A stretch of 64,000 nt of DNA from a virus: IMG/VR virus record IMGVR_UViG_3300000216_000003, positions 1 to 64,000 of that record; one strand, 5' to 3'. Numbering within the stretch: position 1 is the first letter of the stretch; each line of letters begins with the position of its first letter. A program made the translations under genes and the position numbers. The notes under the pieces are model-generated. The model had not been told where the DNA came from, searched no databases, and was given only the letters and a program-made list of their open reading frames with translations. Shown here piece by piece: positions 36,760-46,484 of this stretch.

Positions 36760-38084
36760 TACTTTAAGCTATCAAGTCTATCTAAAGTTAGTTTATCATG
36801 ATCTTTTATATCACCTAAAATCCGTTTAAGATCTCCTTGAACTGCGACTATATCAATATCTTTTTCAATTAAAGTTTTAATTCGATATTTACCACAGACT
36901 TGTCTAATTTCATCGTCTTCAATATTCATCTTATTATATGGAATAGTATGAGCATAAATTTGTCTAAATCCAGTAACTAAGTCATCTACTTTTTTCAAAG
37001 AAGATCCAGATTCAACTAACATCCTAATAATACTAATAATATTAAGTTCTCTGATTTTCTTTTGACTCTTAGCTAATTCATCTTTTAGATTACCCATCCA
37101 AGCATCTTTCCATTTAGAAAAAGCATTGAAAAGTATTTGATCTATCGAATATAATTGCACAGTGCCGTTCTCACTAACAAAATTACATTTTACATTTACT
37201 TTAGAACTAACTTGCATTTGAACTGTATGAATAAACTGTTGATCACAATTACCTTTTCTAGGGGTAACCTCAATACATAACACCTTTTTCTCAGTTAAAT
37301 CTATGACATCATAGTACGGAATCTTGTTCTTTTCTTCATATTTTTCATTAAAGGAAATCAACCTAGAGAAACCGATTAATGGATTTTTACCTAGAATATA
37401 TACTGAATTATTTTTAACAATTATTTTCGGTACTATTTGAACAGTTCCAATACCAGTTGTCAATATTTTTTCAAAATCACCAACAGTCTCTTCATATACA
37501 TCACAATTCTCTACTTGTGGTATAATTGTAGGTGGTGTTTGATTTGTTAATAATGCATGAGTTCTACTTATTAGATCAAAGAAAGAATATCTTGGAATTT
37601 TAGTAATATTAAAGGAAATACCCGTAATAAACCCATTTCCGATTAATCCTAGGGGGATTGGAGAAGGTAGGTATAACGGCTCTTTCTCTAATTCTATCTT
37701 CTCCCAAGGTACAAAATCAAGAAACTCACTAAACATCTTATCTAAATAACTAGATGTTTTAATTTCTGTGTATCTATAGGCAGCTGCTTTAACACTATGT
37801 AATGCATCATGTCCCCAGTTTCCCATCGGTTCAGCGAAACCACGTTTGGCTAGGGATATAAGAGATGCATAAGTAGATAGATCACCATGAGGGTGATAAT
37901 GTGCAATAGCTTGACCTACAATTTTAGCAGATTTTACAAATTTGCCACCTCTTGCCACTTCATGCAGGCAGAGTAATAATCGTCTTTCGACAGGCTTTAG
38001 AGCGTCGACGTCACCAGGAATTGCTCTTAGAGCATCTGTGTATCGTCCATATGTTGCATATAGTGATGGGATAGCAATTTTCAA
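36759..38084 (-). CDS. gyrA: Type IIA topoisomerase A subunit (GyrA/ParC-like, no C-terminal pinwheel)
   Basis: RAIP..DALKPVERR, KSAKIVG, YHPHGD, AAAYRYTE (catalytic Tyr); 441 aa. Confidence 0.93.
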   Translation of the reverse strand: MKIAIPSLYATYGRYTDALRAIPGDVDALKPVERRLLLCLHEVARGGKFVKSAKIVGQAIAHYHPHGDLSTYASLISLAKRGFAEPMGNWGHDALHSVKAAAYRYTEIKTSSYLDKMFSEFLDFVPWEKIELEKEPLYLPSPIPLGLIGNGFITGISFNITKIPRYSFFDLISRTHALLTNQTPPTIIPQVENCDVYEETVGDFEKILTTGIGTVQIVPKIIVKNNSVYILGKNPLIGFSRLISFNEKYEEKNKIPYYDVIDLTEKKVLCIEVTPRKGNCDQQFIHTVQMQVSSKVNVKCNFVSENGTVQLYSIDQILFNAFSKWKDAWMGNLKDELAKSQKKIRELNIISIIRMLVESGSSLKKVDDLVTGFRQIYAHTIPYNKMNIEDDEIRQVCGKYRIKTLIEKDIDIVAVQGDLKRILGDIKDHDKLTLDRLDSLK

Positions 38085-38096
38085 AGTTTACTTTCC

Positions 38097-39089
38097 TTAT
38101 GACAAAGATAATTGGAACCTATTAAGTTTATTTCTAAAAGCATTATATTCACCGACCATATGAACATATGCAACCATACGAGTAAGCATTCCAGTATAGT
38201 CATAATCATAACTACCTAGTTCAACATTTCGTATACATGGTACACTTACCCATATTTTTTTAAATGCTTGAGGATTATAAATATTAAATACTAACCCTTT
38301 TATATTTATAACCATATTTGTTTTATACTTACTTGCTGTAGCGGCATCGTTAATTCTAGTCATTTGCTTTAGAATAGATTCAACATCATCTGTTATTTTA
38401 TCTTGTGAATTAAGCAAATTTGTATATTCTGCATTTTTAAATATGGATGCTATTTTATTAATACTAGAAGATGGGATATCTATTGTTGAATGACTATTAC
38501 TAGTATATGATCCATCTGCAAGATAGTTTAAAAATTTCAAATGTTCTGATGTAGTACTATCTCCAATCTTTTGAATATTTTGCAGTTTCTTAATAATTGT
38601 CTTTAATTTATCTGTTAATTTTTCTTCTAATGGGTAAAAACCCAACATACCTATAGTACATTCAAAATTTAAATAAGTATAATTATCCCCTACTTGGCGT
38701 TTACTATAAATTGATAATTCTTTAGGTCTTAAATTAACCCGAAATTGATGAGCAGTGCCTTCGAAAACCTTGTCTATTAATTTTTGAAAATTGATAGTTT
38801 TAATTGCCTGTTTATTTGTAAACCGACAAGCAGAATGCCCTTCTACTTCCCGTATAGTTATACTACTAAAACGATTACTATCATCAATAATAAATATAAC
38901 ACCGTTTTTTACATTAGCAATACCTTGCCTACTATTAATTTGATCAAATTCAATCATTGATGAGAATGCCCACCCTGCATTATCAACAAGATAAATCCCT
39001 TTTTGGTTTTCTAATAAAGAGGAGTATTTATTACCACCCCTAAATATTATATCATTATTAGATGCTTCCAAAATATTCGTTATTTTCAT
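38097..39089 (-). CDS. Hypothetical protein, family D, C-tagged
   Basis: Ends FRNKLNRFQLSLS; starts MKITNILEAS. Confidence 0.75.
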   Translation of the reverse strand: MKITNILEASNNDIIFRGGNKYSSLLENQKGIYLVDNAGWAFSSMIEFDQINSRQGIANVKNGVIFIIDDSNRFSSITIREVEGHSACRFTNKQAIKTINFQKLIDKVFEGTAHQFRVNLRPKELSIYSKRQVGDNYTYLNFECTIGMLGFYPLEEKLTDKLKTIIKKLQNIQKIGDSTTSEHLKFLNYLADGSYTSNSHSTIDIPSSSINKIASIFKNAEYTNLLNSQDKITDDVESILKQMTRINDAATASKYKTNMVINIKGLVFNIYNPQAFKKIWVSVPCIRNVELGSYDYDYTGMLTRMVAYVHMVGEYNAFRNKLNRFQLSLS

Positions 39090-39487
39090 GTTAGTAACAG
39101 TTTAATCCTTTGAAATTCGTGAATAACAGTTTTGACTGCGCTATAATGTCTTAGTATCTGATACATTTCAACTGGAAATTTTTTCTCATTTACTTCAAAT
39201 ATATAAGAATCTGTCTCAGTATTAACTGATATAGATCTTTTAGTTCCCCCATTTTTATTCCCTACCAACCAGTATAGTTTTATACTACCAGTTTCAAAGA
39301 ATTTTTTATATATATGTCTATCCATAAATTGAAAGTTCGGTTCTTTCTCATCTTTAATAATATAATCAAGAAATTTTTCTCCACAATTATCCAATTCTAA
39401 TAGAGAGGCATGTATTTCTTTTATATTATCAAAATCTTGAACCGTATTTGTAATGGTATTCATATATTTAGCGTCAAGTTTTATCAA
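39086..39487 (-). CDS. Hypothetical protein, C-tagged
   Basis: Ends FQRIKLLLT. Confidence 0.7.
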   Translation of the reverse strand: MIKLDAKYMNTITNTVQDFDNIKEIHASLLELDNCGEKFLDYIIKDEKEPNFQFMDRHIYKKFFETGSIKLYWLVGNKNGGTKRSISVNTETDSYIFEVNEKKFPVEMYQILRHYSAVKTVIHEFQRIKLLLT

Positions 39488-40400
39488 TATTCATTAACTC
39501 CGAAACATCTTTTGTTAATATTGGCTTATAATATTCAGCAGTACATTCTGGATTTAATTGATTCATTACTTGAGTTATTGAAAATTTAATTTGATTCGTA
39601 TTCAAAATATCAGCATCGAAAACAATTTTAAAGTTATGTTTTCCGATTAATAAAAAATTAGTAATTAGTTCTTTAACTACTTTTGTATAATACTTACCAT
39701 TAATGGCTAAGAAAAAATTATTCTTAGTATTAAAAATACTATAATGGTAAAGATTAATAGCATCAAATGCACCTTCACATATAACAATAGATTCGAATTC
39801 ATCTATCTTTCCTATATCTTGAAAGAAATAATATTGTTTATTGGTTGCATTCATATAACGTATTTTTGAAGGAGATATAAATCTAGAAGTGACTATATTT
39901 CCATTATAATTACTAAATGTACATCTTAATTTATTATCATATACATCTGGGTATAAGAAATGTTCTAGTGCCGATCCATCTAATATTCTTGTATATAAAT
40001 ATCTTTGAAAAACATCATAATATTGTGGATTATTACTTCTAAACTCTCTATGTATACTTTGTATTGGTATTTTTTTCTGTTTTATTAATGATTTTGAAGA
40101 GGATGTAAATACATAATCAGTCTTAAGAGATGCAAGTTTCCTAAGCACATCTATATTACTAAATCCACCATCTTTTAATAACTTTAATAATGAACCCTTA
40201 CTATCACATCTAAAACAGTTAAAAAATGGCTTCCTTCTACCAATATTCATATGCCCGTGGGATGGATTTAACTTTCTAATTGCATCATCACAGTAAGGGC
40301 AAAACATTTCATAATATTCATGATTTGGTAACAGTTTAAATATTTTTGAAGTTGTTTGTAAATGATATACGATATCAGGAAAGTCTTCTATTTGAAACAA
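39474..40400 (-). CDS. DNA primase (Zn finger plus TOPRIM, T4 gp61-like)
   Basis: CPYCDD..FNCFRC, ICEGAFDA, VFDAD, KDVSEL. Confidence 0.9.
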   Translation of the reverse strand: MFQIEDFPDIVYHLQTTSKIFKLLPNHEYYEMFCPYCDDAIRKLNPSHGHMNIGRRKPFFNCFRCDSKGSLLKLLKDGGFSNIDVLRKLASLKTDYVFTSSSKSLIKQKKIPIQSIHREFRSNNPQYYDVFQRYLYTRILDGSALEHFLYPDVYDNKLRCTFSNYNGNIVTSRFISPSKIRYMNATNKQYYFFQDIGKIDEFESIVICEGAFDAINLYHYSIFNTKNNFFLAINGKYYTKVVKELITNFLLIGKHNFKIVFDADILNTNQIKFSITQVMNQLNPECTAEYYKPILTKDVSELMNIDKT

Positions 40401-40433
40401 TTAAAACCCTCCAATTAATGCATTAACATATTT

Positions 40434-40461
40434 ATTATATCTATATAAGATCAATAAAAAC
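40434..40461 (-). promoter_or_regulatory. Phage promoter upstream of the primase
   Basis: GTTTTTA-N9-TATAGATATAAT. Confidence 0.75.
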
Positions 40462-40757
40462 TAATATATTTCTAGAAGTATATCAGATACATGATTAGGA
40501 TTGTCTCCAAATATATAGACAGATTGACAAGAACTTATTATGTTTACTAATTCACCATTAAAGAATTCTAACTGCCAGAAGTTTTGCCAATGATGGTCAT
40601 CATCTGTCTTTACTTTATATGGATTTCCAAATAATAAAAATAATCTATCATTATTAGAATAGTTCGGTATTTGTATCTGTATTTGACTTGGGTCATTAAC
40701 TCCAAAGAACCCGGATTCAGAAAGAGTTTTGATATGTTTACATTTATAATTTCTCAT
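40461..40757 (-). CDS. Hypothetical protein, family E, C-tagged
   Basis: DRLFLLFGNPY..WQLE; ends VSDILLEIY. Confidence 0.7.
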   Translation of the reverse strand: MRNYKCKHIKTLSESGFFGVNDPSQIQIQIPNYSNNDRLFLLFGNPYKVKTDDDHHWQNFWQLEFFNGELVNIISSCQSVYIFGDNPNHVSDILLEIY

Positions 40758-41104
40758 ATTTTAATTCTTAAGTGTTTAAATACTGGCACTATTGCTTTTA
40801 ATGAATTTGATCTTACTCTTAAATTATTGTCATATAACCTTATTATAACACAATATTTTCCAATCTTCAATTTCCAGAAGATTGCCGGTCCTGGATCAAC
40901 CCAGTCATTTTCTTCATCTACCATCTGCCAAAATGAATCTTTTGGTGGTTGTGGTTCCTTAGTACCTCCACCAATCATTAATGCTATCCTATCTTCAGTT
41001 ATATTTTCTTTTTTATAGTAAACTTCAAATTTATATTTTTGAGAACACATATCTTGTTTTCGAACATTCAAAGCAGTAAATTTTAACATTGGTAAGTTCT
41101 CCAT
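40754..41104 (-). CDS. Hypothetical protein, family E-like
   Basis: DRIALMIG..FWKLK. Confidence 0.65.
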   Translation of the reverse strand: MENLPMLKFTALNVRKQDMCSQKYKFEVYYKKENITEDRIALMIGGGTKEPQPPKDSFWQMVDEENDWVDPGPAIFWKLKIGKYCVIIRLYDNNLRVRSNSLKAIVPVFKHLRIKI

Positions 41105-41391
41105 AACTCTTTACTTACTTTTTCTAATGATTCATGACTTGGCCCAAAATCAGGGTTTGGATAAGTTTTAAAGGGAGTACATTTTTCCAATAGAAATACA
41201 TGTTCTTTTAATGGTGAACAATTACATTCCCAATACACCGCCTCTTCATATAGAAGCGGTATATTAACTGTTGCTTTACAGGACCGACAATCATAACCAG
41301 CCCATGTAAAGAATGAAGAGAGCCTAGATATAACTAGAGCTTCTCTATATGGTGTTTTTTCTACAATAGTAATATCTTCTCTAAATCCCAT
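41083..41391 (-). CDS. Zn-binding hypothetical protein
   Basis: CRSC..CNC. Confidence 0.65.
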   Translation of the reverse strand: MGFREDITIVEKTPYREALVISRLSSFFTWAGYDCRSCKATVNIPLLYEEAVYWECNCSPLKEHVFLLEKCTPFKTYPNPDFGPSHESLEKVSKELWRTYQC

Positions 41392-41971
41392 TTTTTAAAT
41401 CAATATAATCACTATATTGATCCAATATAGGAATAATAAAACTATCTACAAAATCGGTTAAATCAGTATCAAATATATCTAATGCGACAGTTAATTTCAT
41501 AGTTTCTTTTGGCATGTTGATTGTTTCATCTACATTATGCATAGTTTCTAATGCTTTAATCTTAAAATTAAAATGAGAAACTAATAATTTTTTCAGTTCA
41601 TATGAATCAGTTGGGACTGTTTCTAAAGAAGGTAATGTAATTTTAACCATATCTACAAACAGTATTTCATAAATAAAACGGCCCATAGTTTGAAGCCGTT
41701 GTGATGATAAATTTATAGATTCTTTATAAGGTAAAGAAAAATAATTTTCATCAATATAATCAATCATATCAATTAGTGATTGTTCTGGTAATTCATCAAA
41801 TCCTTGCATATAATTAATACCAAGATTTGTCAAATGTATATATTGACTTTGAATATCAGTATCAAGTTCTTCTTTGACTATAAATCTGTTAATTTGTTTG
41901 ATGATATGCGGATGCCAAGAGGCACCCGCTTTAGTTACATCATCATTATATAGTAGTGTTTCGTTGATCAT
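41381..41971 (-). CDS. Hypothetical acidic helical protein
   Basis: 196-aa ORF downstream of the putative clamp. Confidence 0.7.
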   Translation of the reverse strand: MINETLLYNDDVTKAGASWHPHIIKQINRFIVKEELDTDIQSQYIHLTNLGINYMQGFDELPEQSLIDMIDYIDENYFSLPYKESINLSSQRLQTMGRFIYEILFVDMVKITLPSLETVPTDSYELKKLLVSHFNFKIKALETMHNVDETINMPKETMKLTVALDIFDTDLTDFVDSFIIPILDQYSDYIDLKNGI

Positions 41972-41987
41972 AATATATTAAATACCT

Positions 41988-42869
41988 TTAAATTAATAAG
42001 TTTTCATCGCCGGATTGGCTGATGTCTTCATATAGTGTTACTGAAATATATCCAGTATTAATTCTACTCATAAGCCAGAATGTATCTTCTACTTTTCCAA
42101 GATGTACTTCATATGCTTCTGCTTCAATCTGTAGAAAACTATAAGACTTAAGTACCAACTGTACATTCACATCTGAAAGAGTTGGTTCGTTTCTATATGC
42201 TGGAAATGTATATACAATAGTCTCTGGGATAGACATTGCTTTTAATTGATCATTATCTACCAGCAATTCAACATATTCAGCCCCTGCCCCTGTAATAACA
42301 CCTTTAATAATTTTAATTACATTTTTATCAAGAGCCAAAGGAACACCAATAGCAGTAGCTGCACTTAGATCTGGCGGAGATTGATCTTCTGTTAACTCTT
42401 CAATTTGTTTTGGAAGAATAATCACCATATCATTATTTTTAATTAGATATTGTTGTTGCTCTGGATTATCAATAATCTGAACATCATCATTACCACGTAA
42501 AGCCTTAAATAATTTAATATATTTTTCAGGATTAATAATATGTAGATTAATATCAGGACCAAGAAGCTCACTAACATCAATATTAATAACAGCGGTACCT
42601 TTATTAATAGACTGATTAATAGTACTATTACTAATAGTAATTACACCAGTTTTTTCCAGAATACTGAGTAGTTTAGCTAATTGATCCCATTCAGCAGGAC
42701 TAATCTTAGCCAGTAGAGTCTGCCCTTCTCCAAGAGCAACAGCCGGTGTGGCTACTGGTGTAGCCTCTGGTGTAGCAGCCAAAGGAGCAGTTTCTTGAAG
42801 TTCAGGCATAATTAATTCTTGGGTTGGTGAAGCCTCTGCTGGAGTAGTAGATGCGAAGACGTTTGTCAT
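41988..42869 (-). CDS. Putative sliding clamp (T4 gp45-like) with a P/A/T-rich N-terminal extension
   Basis: After about 50 disordered residues, the sequence KISPAEW..LLSIL..ITI..INIDVSELL..LHIINPEKYIKLFKAL..DVQI parallels gp45; clamp loader present in the window. Confidence 0.5.
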   Translation of the reverse strand: MTNVFASTTPAEASPTQELIMPELQETAPLAATPEATPVATPAVALGEGQTLLAKISPAEWDQLAKLLSILEKTGVITISNSTINQSINKGTAVINIDVSELLGPDINLHIINPEKYIKLFKALRGNDDVQIIDNPEQQQYLIKNNDMVIILPKQIEELTEDQSPPDLSAATAIGVPLALDKNVIKIIKGVITGAGAEYVELLVDNDQLKAMSIPETIVYTFPAYRNEPTLSDVNVQLVLKSYSFLQIEAEAYEVHLGKVEDTFWLMSRINTGYISVTLYEDISQSGDENLLI

Positions 42870-43228
42870 TTAGTTTCCTTTTCAGTCATGATTTTATTGA
42901 AAGTGTATTTTTCCCGATTTTTATTTATAATATCTTGAATAGTTGAACATGGTTCTGTAACTTTAATATTTACGATAATGCTTCCATTTGAATAATATTC
43001 TTTTTCTCTTCTAATAGTATATATACATCCGACTGATGACTTTTCTACCATCGATTCTGTTAGCCAATATTCATCGCTATGAGGATTGGTATGTAACAAT
43101 ACTAACCCAACACTACTAAGAATTAAGAGTGCGCTAAAAAACCAGGTTCCATAAGGAAAATTTTCAACAAAAAACATAATAGTAAAAAATAAGGACATTA
43201 TACATATTATCGGTAGTGCTATTTCCAT
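42866..43228 (-). CDS. Two-TM membrane protein (tandem paralogue)
   Basis: Two N-terminal TM helices; C.Y..R..PCSTIQ..I..NR.KY. Confidence 0.75.
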   Translation of the reverse strand: MEIALPIICIMSLFFTIMFFVENFPYGTWFFSALLILSSVGLVLLHTNPHSDEYWLTESMVEKSSVGCIYTIRREKEYYSNGSIIVNIKVTEPCSTIQDIINKNREKYTFNKIMTEKETK

Positions 43229-43597
43229 TTAATTATCACCTTCTGTACGTATGGTACTATTTAATATTTTATACTTTTTCCGGTTCTCATCTATAGTAGA
43301 TTGAATAGTGGAACATGGTTTATCAATATTGATAATTGTAATATCCTGTCTAGAAATACTCCATCCTTTATGTTTTCGTAGTGAATAATAACAATTATTA
43401 GGGAGTTGTTGTATATATTCTTTATAATAATATGTTGGACTCCCTTTCATAATATCATAAGATTTGCCACCGGCTGCTATTCCACCTAATAAAAACATCA
43501 AACCAACAAAATAGTGGGTTGTTTTGTTTGCGGTTAATATAAAAATTATTGCTAATGTAAGCAATACAACAGCTACAATTATAAGAATAATATCCAT
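43229..43597 (-). CDS. Two-TM membrane protein (paralogue of 42866)
   Basis: Same architecture and PCSTIQ motif. Confidence 0.75.
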   Translation of the reverse strand: MDIILIIVAVVLLTLAIIFILTANKTTHYFVGLMFLLGGIAAGGKSYDIMKGSPTYYYKEYIQQLPNNCYYSLRKHKGWSISRQDITIINIDKPCSTIQSTIDENRKKYKILNSTIRTEGDN

Positions 43598-44011
43598 TTA
43601 ACAAACCTCGATTATTTCATCTGAATTTAGAAAATTCCGACGTTCAATTACTCCGAAAGTGCTATTATCAATAGTATAATATATCCGTTTTAATCCTATT
43701 TTATTTAAATAGTTCATACAGTGTTTACATGGTTTCGCTAGTCTGAATTTATTTGCTTTATCGATTCTAACGACTAACATTTCCAATCCTTTTAGATCTA
43801 TATATGCATTTAATACTGCGTCCTGCTCTGCATGAAGACTCCCTACCCATTTCATATATTTAGGATGTAGACGTCTTTTACTTCTCTGAGCTGTGTTTTT
43901 ACCTTTAGATATGATTTTTGATTTATTAAATATAATAGCACCTAGTTTAAATTGGTGGTCTACTTTTTTAGCTTCTTTAACAGCCGCCGTAATGAAACTC
44001 TTTTTAAACAT
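43598..44011 (-). CDS. Zinc-dependent (cytidine/dCMP-type) deaminase
   Basis: HAE..AKPCKHC. Confidence 0.85.
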   Translation of the reverse strand: MFKKSFITAAVKEAKKVDHQFKLGAIIFNKSKIISKGKNTAQRSKRRLHPKYMKWVGSLHAEQDAVLNAYIDLKGLEMLVVRIDKANKFRLAKPCKHCMNYLNKIGLKRIYYTIDNSTFGVIERRNFLNSDEIIEVC

Positions 44012-44044
44012 AAACCCCTCTTTCTATTCATTAATATGTAATTT

Positions 44045-44073
44045 ATTATATCTATATATTAATAAATAAAAAC
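44045..44073 (-). promoter_or_regulatory. Phage promoter upstream of the deaminase operon
   Basis: GTTTTTA-N10-TATAGATATAAT. Confidence 0.72.
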
Positions 44074-44074
44074 A

Positions 44075-44180
44075 AGTAAAAGATCATCAATAACCGAGGT
44101 TATTAATGAAGACACAATCTTAAACTCCAGGGATTAACCCGAAGGTTAAATCTGTGAGAACTAGGACAAGTCCTAATTCT
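44075..44180 (-). ncRNA. Candidate small structured RNA (three hairpins)
   Basis: Promoter at 44187-44214, then hairpins 44157-44180, 44132-44152 (cUUCGg) and 44084-44109 with a U tract; no convincing ORF. Confidence 0.45.
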
Positions 44181-44186
44181 TTATAT

Positions 44187-44214
44187 ATAATATCTATATC
44201 AAATCTTTGAAAAC
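44187..44214 (-). promoter_or_regulatory. Phage promoter GTTTTCA-N9-TATAGATATTAT
   Basis: Motif copy with no ORF immediately downstream. Confidence 0.72.
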
Positions 44215-44228
44215 GTGGTGATTCTATA

Positions 44229-44747
44229 TTAGAAAGAATTACCAGTTACTGCACTAAATGCACTAAAGTCAACATCAGAGAACTCTAAATTATGTGAAGC
44301 AATAGTATATTCAATTGATTGTTCTTGTGCACCAAGAGTGGGTAATAGATTTCCAGTTATAGGATCTACATCCAAATTTCCATTACCAAGTGCAATAATA
44401 ATTGGAAGATCTGGATTAGAATACATAAACATTGAAGTATATAGTGTGAATGCTGTTTCTACTACTTCAACATTAGTAGCGTCCATATCATCATCAACAA
44501 TAATCTTTAGAAATGTAGGAGATCCATCTCTTGATATCACATTTACATAACTAGCAGCATATGCTCTTATTAATGTAAATTTAGTAGCGTTACTTGGAAG
44601 AACAATGGACCCACTTAATAGATATTTTGGGTTTGTTAATATTGTTTTTCCACTTGATGATACTAGATCTTGTGATTCTTGATATGCAGCCCCACCTCCA
44701 GCATACTCAATAATTTTTGTTTTAGTTTCAGTGATAAGTTGTTTCAT
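44229..44747 (-). CDS. Hypothetical protein, possibly virion-associated
   Basis: Beta-rich; starts MKQLITE; promoter copy at 44844-44855. Confidence 0.65.
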   Translation of the reverse strand: MKQLITETKTKIIEYAGGGAAYQESQDLVSSSGKTILTNPKYLLSGSIVLPSNATKFTLIRAYAASYVNVISRDGSPTFLKIIVDDDMDATNVEVVETAFTLYTSMFMYSNPDLPIIIALGNGNLDVDPITGNLLPTLGAQEQSIEYTIASHNLEFSDVDFSAFSAVTGNSF

Positions 44748-44961
44748 TAAATTATATACCTTTTTATATCATTTAAGAATGTTACTAATCCTATATAGTG
44801 TATAAGACTTTAAAAAATAATATTAATATTTAGGCCCCAATATATTATATCTATATATTCCTGCTACGTAAATAAAAACATACAAGCTATTTTTTACTTT
44901 TATCTAGTTTTGATATAGATATAATAAAATACTATTTCCTCTTTTACAAAGGATTTTTACT

Positions 44962-45129
44962 ATGAAAGCATTCCGTATTCGGAAGAACAACTATTTGTTC
45001 CTGGAAGGCTGTATACAAAACCTATTTTACTCAGAAGGAGTACCGCCACATTTCAAATTTCAACAAGAAATGCCATTTAAAAGACCATCAAAGAAAGGTG
45101 TTATATTCTTTTGTAGAAAAAAGACATAA
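44962..45129 (+). CDS. Small basic protein (55 aa)
   Basis: Manual: promoter 44914-44925, SD AAGGA, MKAFRIRKNN...FFCRKKT*; terminator about 45141-45181. Confidence 0.6.
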   Translation: MKAFRIRKNNYLFLEGCIQNLFYSEGVPPHFKFQQEMPFKRPSKKGVIFFCRKKT

Positions 45130-45182
45130 AGAAATAAAGAAATAAAAGAGTAATCGTAATAATATACGTTACTCTTTATTTG

Positions 45183-45521
45183 TTATGACCATTTTAAAAT
45201 TAGTTTTGTTATTGTTTTTTGATCCAAAGATGATTTACCATCTTTAAGCCTCTGTATCCATTCAATTTTAGATATTTCTTTATCAATAATATACCATCTA
45301 TCTGGATTATCATTATTAAATATTATAGCTGGTCCATCTTCTCTATGTAATAACCCATTATTAAACCAATATTTATTTCCTGTACTTGTATTTACAAAAG
45401 CATACCCATCTTCTCTATGTAGTTCTCCGTATGTATTTGTCCATATTAAATGGTCACCATCTTCATCAGTTTCACCTTTAAGATTAGGTGGATATATGTC
45501 AATTGTATAATGTTTACTCAT
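45183..45521 (-). CDS. HREDGPA-repeat protein, C-tagged
   Basis: Ends LDQKTITKLILKWS. Confidence 0.8.
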   Translation of the reverse strand: MSKHYTIDIYPPNLKGETDEDGDHLIWTNTYGELHREDGYAFVNTSTGNKYWFNNGLLHREDGPAIIFNNDNPDRWYIIDKEISKIEWIQRLKDGKSSLDQKTITKLILKWS

Positions 45522-45523
45522 TA

Positions 45524-45859
45524 TTAACTATTCTCCAGTATGATTCTGTTGATTGTCTTTTGATCCAGAGAGGATTTACCATCTCTTAAGTATTGAATCC
45601 ATTCATCTTTCGTTATATATTCACCATCAATATACCATTCATTAATATTTCCACTTTTCCAAATGCAAGCAGGACCATCTTCTCTATGTAACACGCCTCT
45701 ACAATACCAATATTCGGCACCAGTTTTATAAATAATTGCTGGTCCATTTTCTCTATGAAATAATCCATCAGAATCAGTCCATACACGATCACCATATTTA
45801 CATTCATCCCCATTTAAATTGGGAATAAATAATTCTTCATCGTATATGTCATTTGGCAT
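45524..45859 (-). CDS. HREDGPA-repeat protein, C-tagged
   Basis: Ends LDQKTINRIILENS. Confidence 0.8.
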   Translation of the reverse strand: MPNDIYDEELFIPNLNGDECKYGDRVWTDSDGLFHRENGPAIIYKTGAEYWYCRGVLHREDGPACIWKSGNINEWYIDGEYITKDEWIQYLRDGKSSLDQKTINRIILENS

Positions 45860-46179
45860 TAACTATGCTCCAGTATGAGTTTTAATTCTGTATTTCGACC
45901 TAAACTAGAGGCAGCTTCTTTAAGCCATTGAAGCCACTCATCTTTTGAAATATCTATTCCATAGACATACCATCTAAGATCATATGATTCATCAACAGCT
46001 GGACCATCTTCTCGATGTAACCACCCATGATAGAACCAATTAACATGCCCATCTGGATATATAATAGCTGGACCATCTTCACGATGCCATCTACCTTCAG
46101 AATCAGTCCATATCATATCTCCATCTTGGTCTAATTCACCTTTAATATTGGGTTTAGTGCGTACAGTTGTATTATTCAT
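45859..46179 (-). CDS. HREDGPA-repeat protein, C-tagged
   Basis: Ends ELKLILEHS. Confidence 0.8.
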   Translation of the reverse strand: MNNTTVRTKPNIKGELDQDGDMIWTDSEGRWHREDGPAIIYPDGHVNWFYHGWLHREDGPAVDESYDLRWYVYGIDISKDEWLQWLKEAASSLGRNTELKLILEHS

Positions 46180-46484
46180 ATATTAAGACATTTCTTAATA
46201 GATTTAATAGCAGCTTCCATCTTTAGACGGGCAGAAGAATTAGCACTATGAACTTTTAATTTGGGGCATTTAAAACTTTTATTTAAGTGTACTTGTTCTT
46301 CAATGTATAATAAAACATCATAACCAGTACCAATACCTTCATCGTCTCCTAAGTCATGATCTAAACTAATTACAGATATCCTTTCTGGATGTTTTAGTAA
46401 TGTTATTACTTCTTTAGGGGTTTTTAATAGTATCCAAGTATTATCATATGGAGTTCTTTCATCATCGAGATATATTTTCATCAT
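46176..46484 (-). CDS. Cyclic-phosphate-processing receiver-like domain protein
   Basis: KIYLDDERTP..ISLDHDLG..TGYDVL..VHSAN. Confidence 0.8.
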   Translation of the reverse strand: MMKIYLDDERTPYDNTWILLKTPKEVITLLKHPERISVISLDHDLGDDEGIGTGYDVLLYIEEQVHLNKSFKCPKLKVHSANSSARLKMEAAIKSIKKCLNI

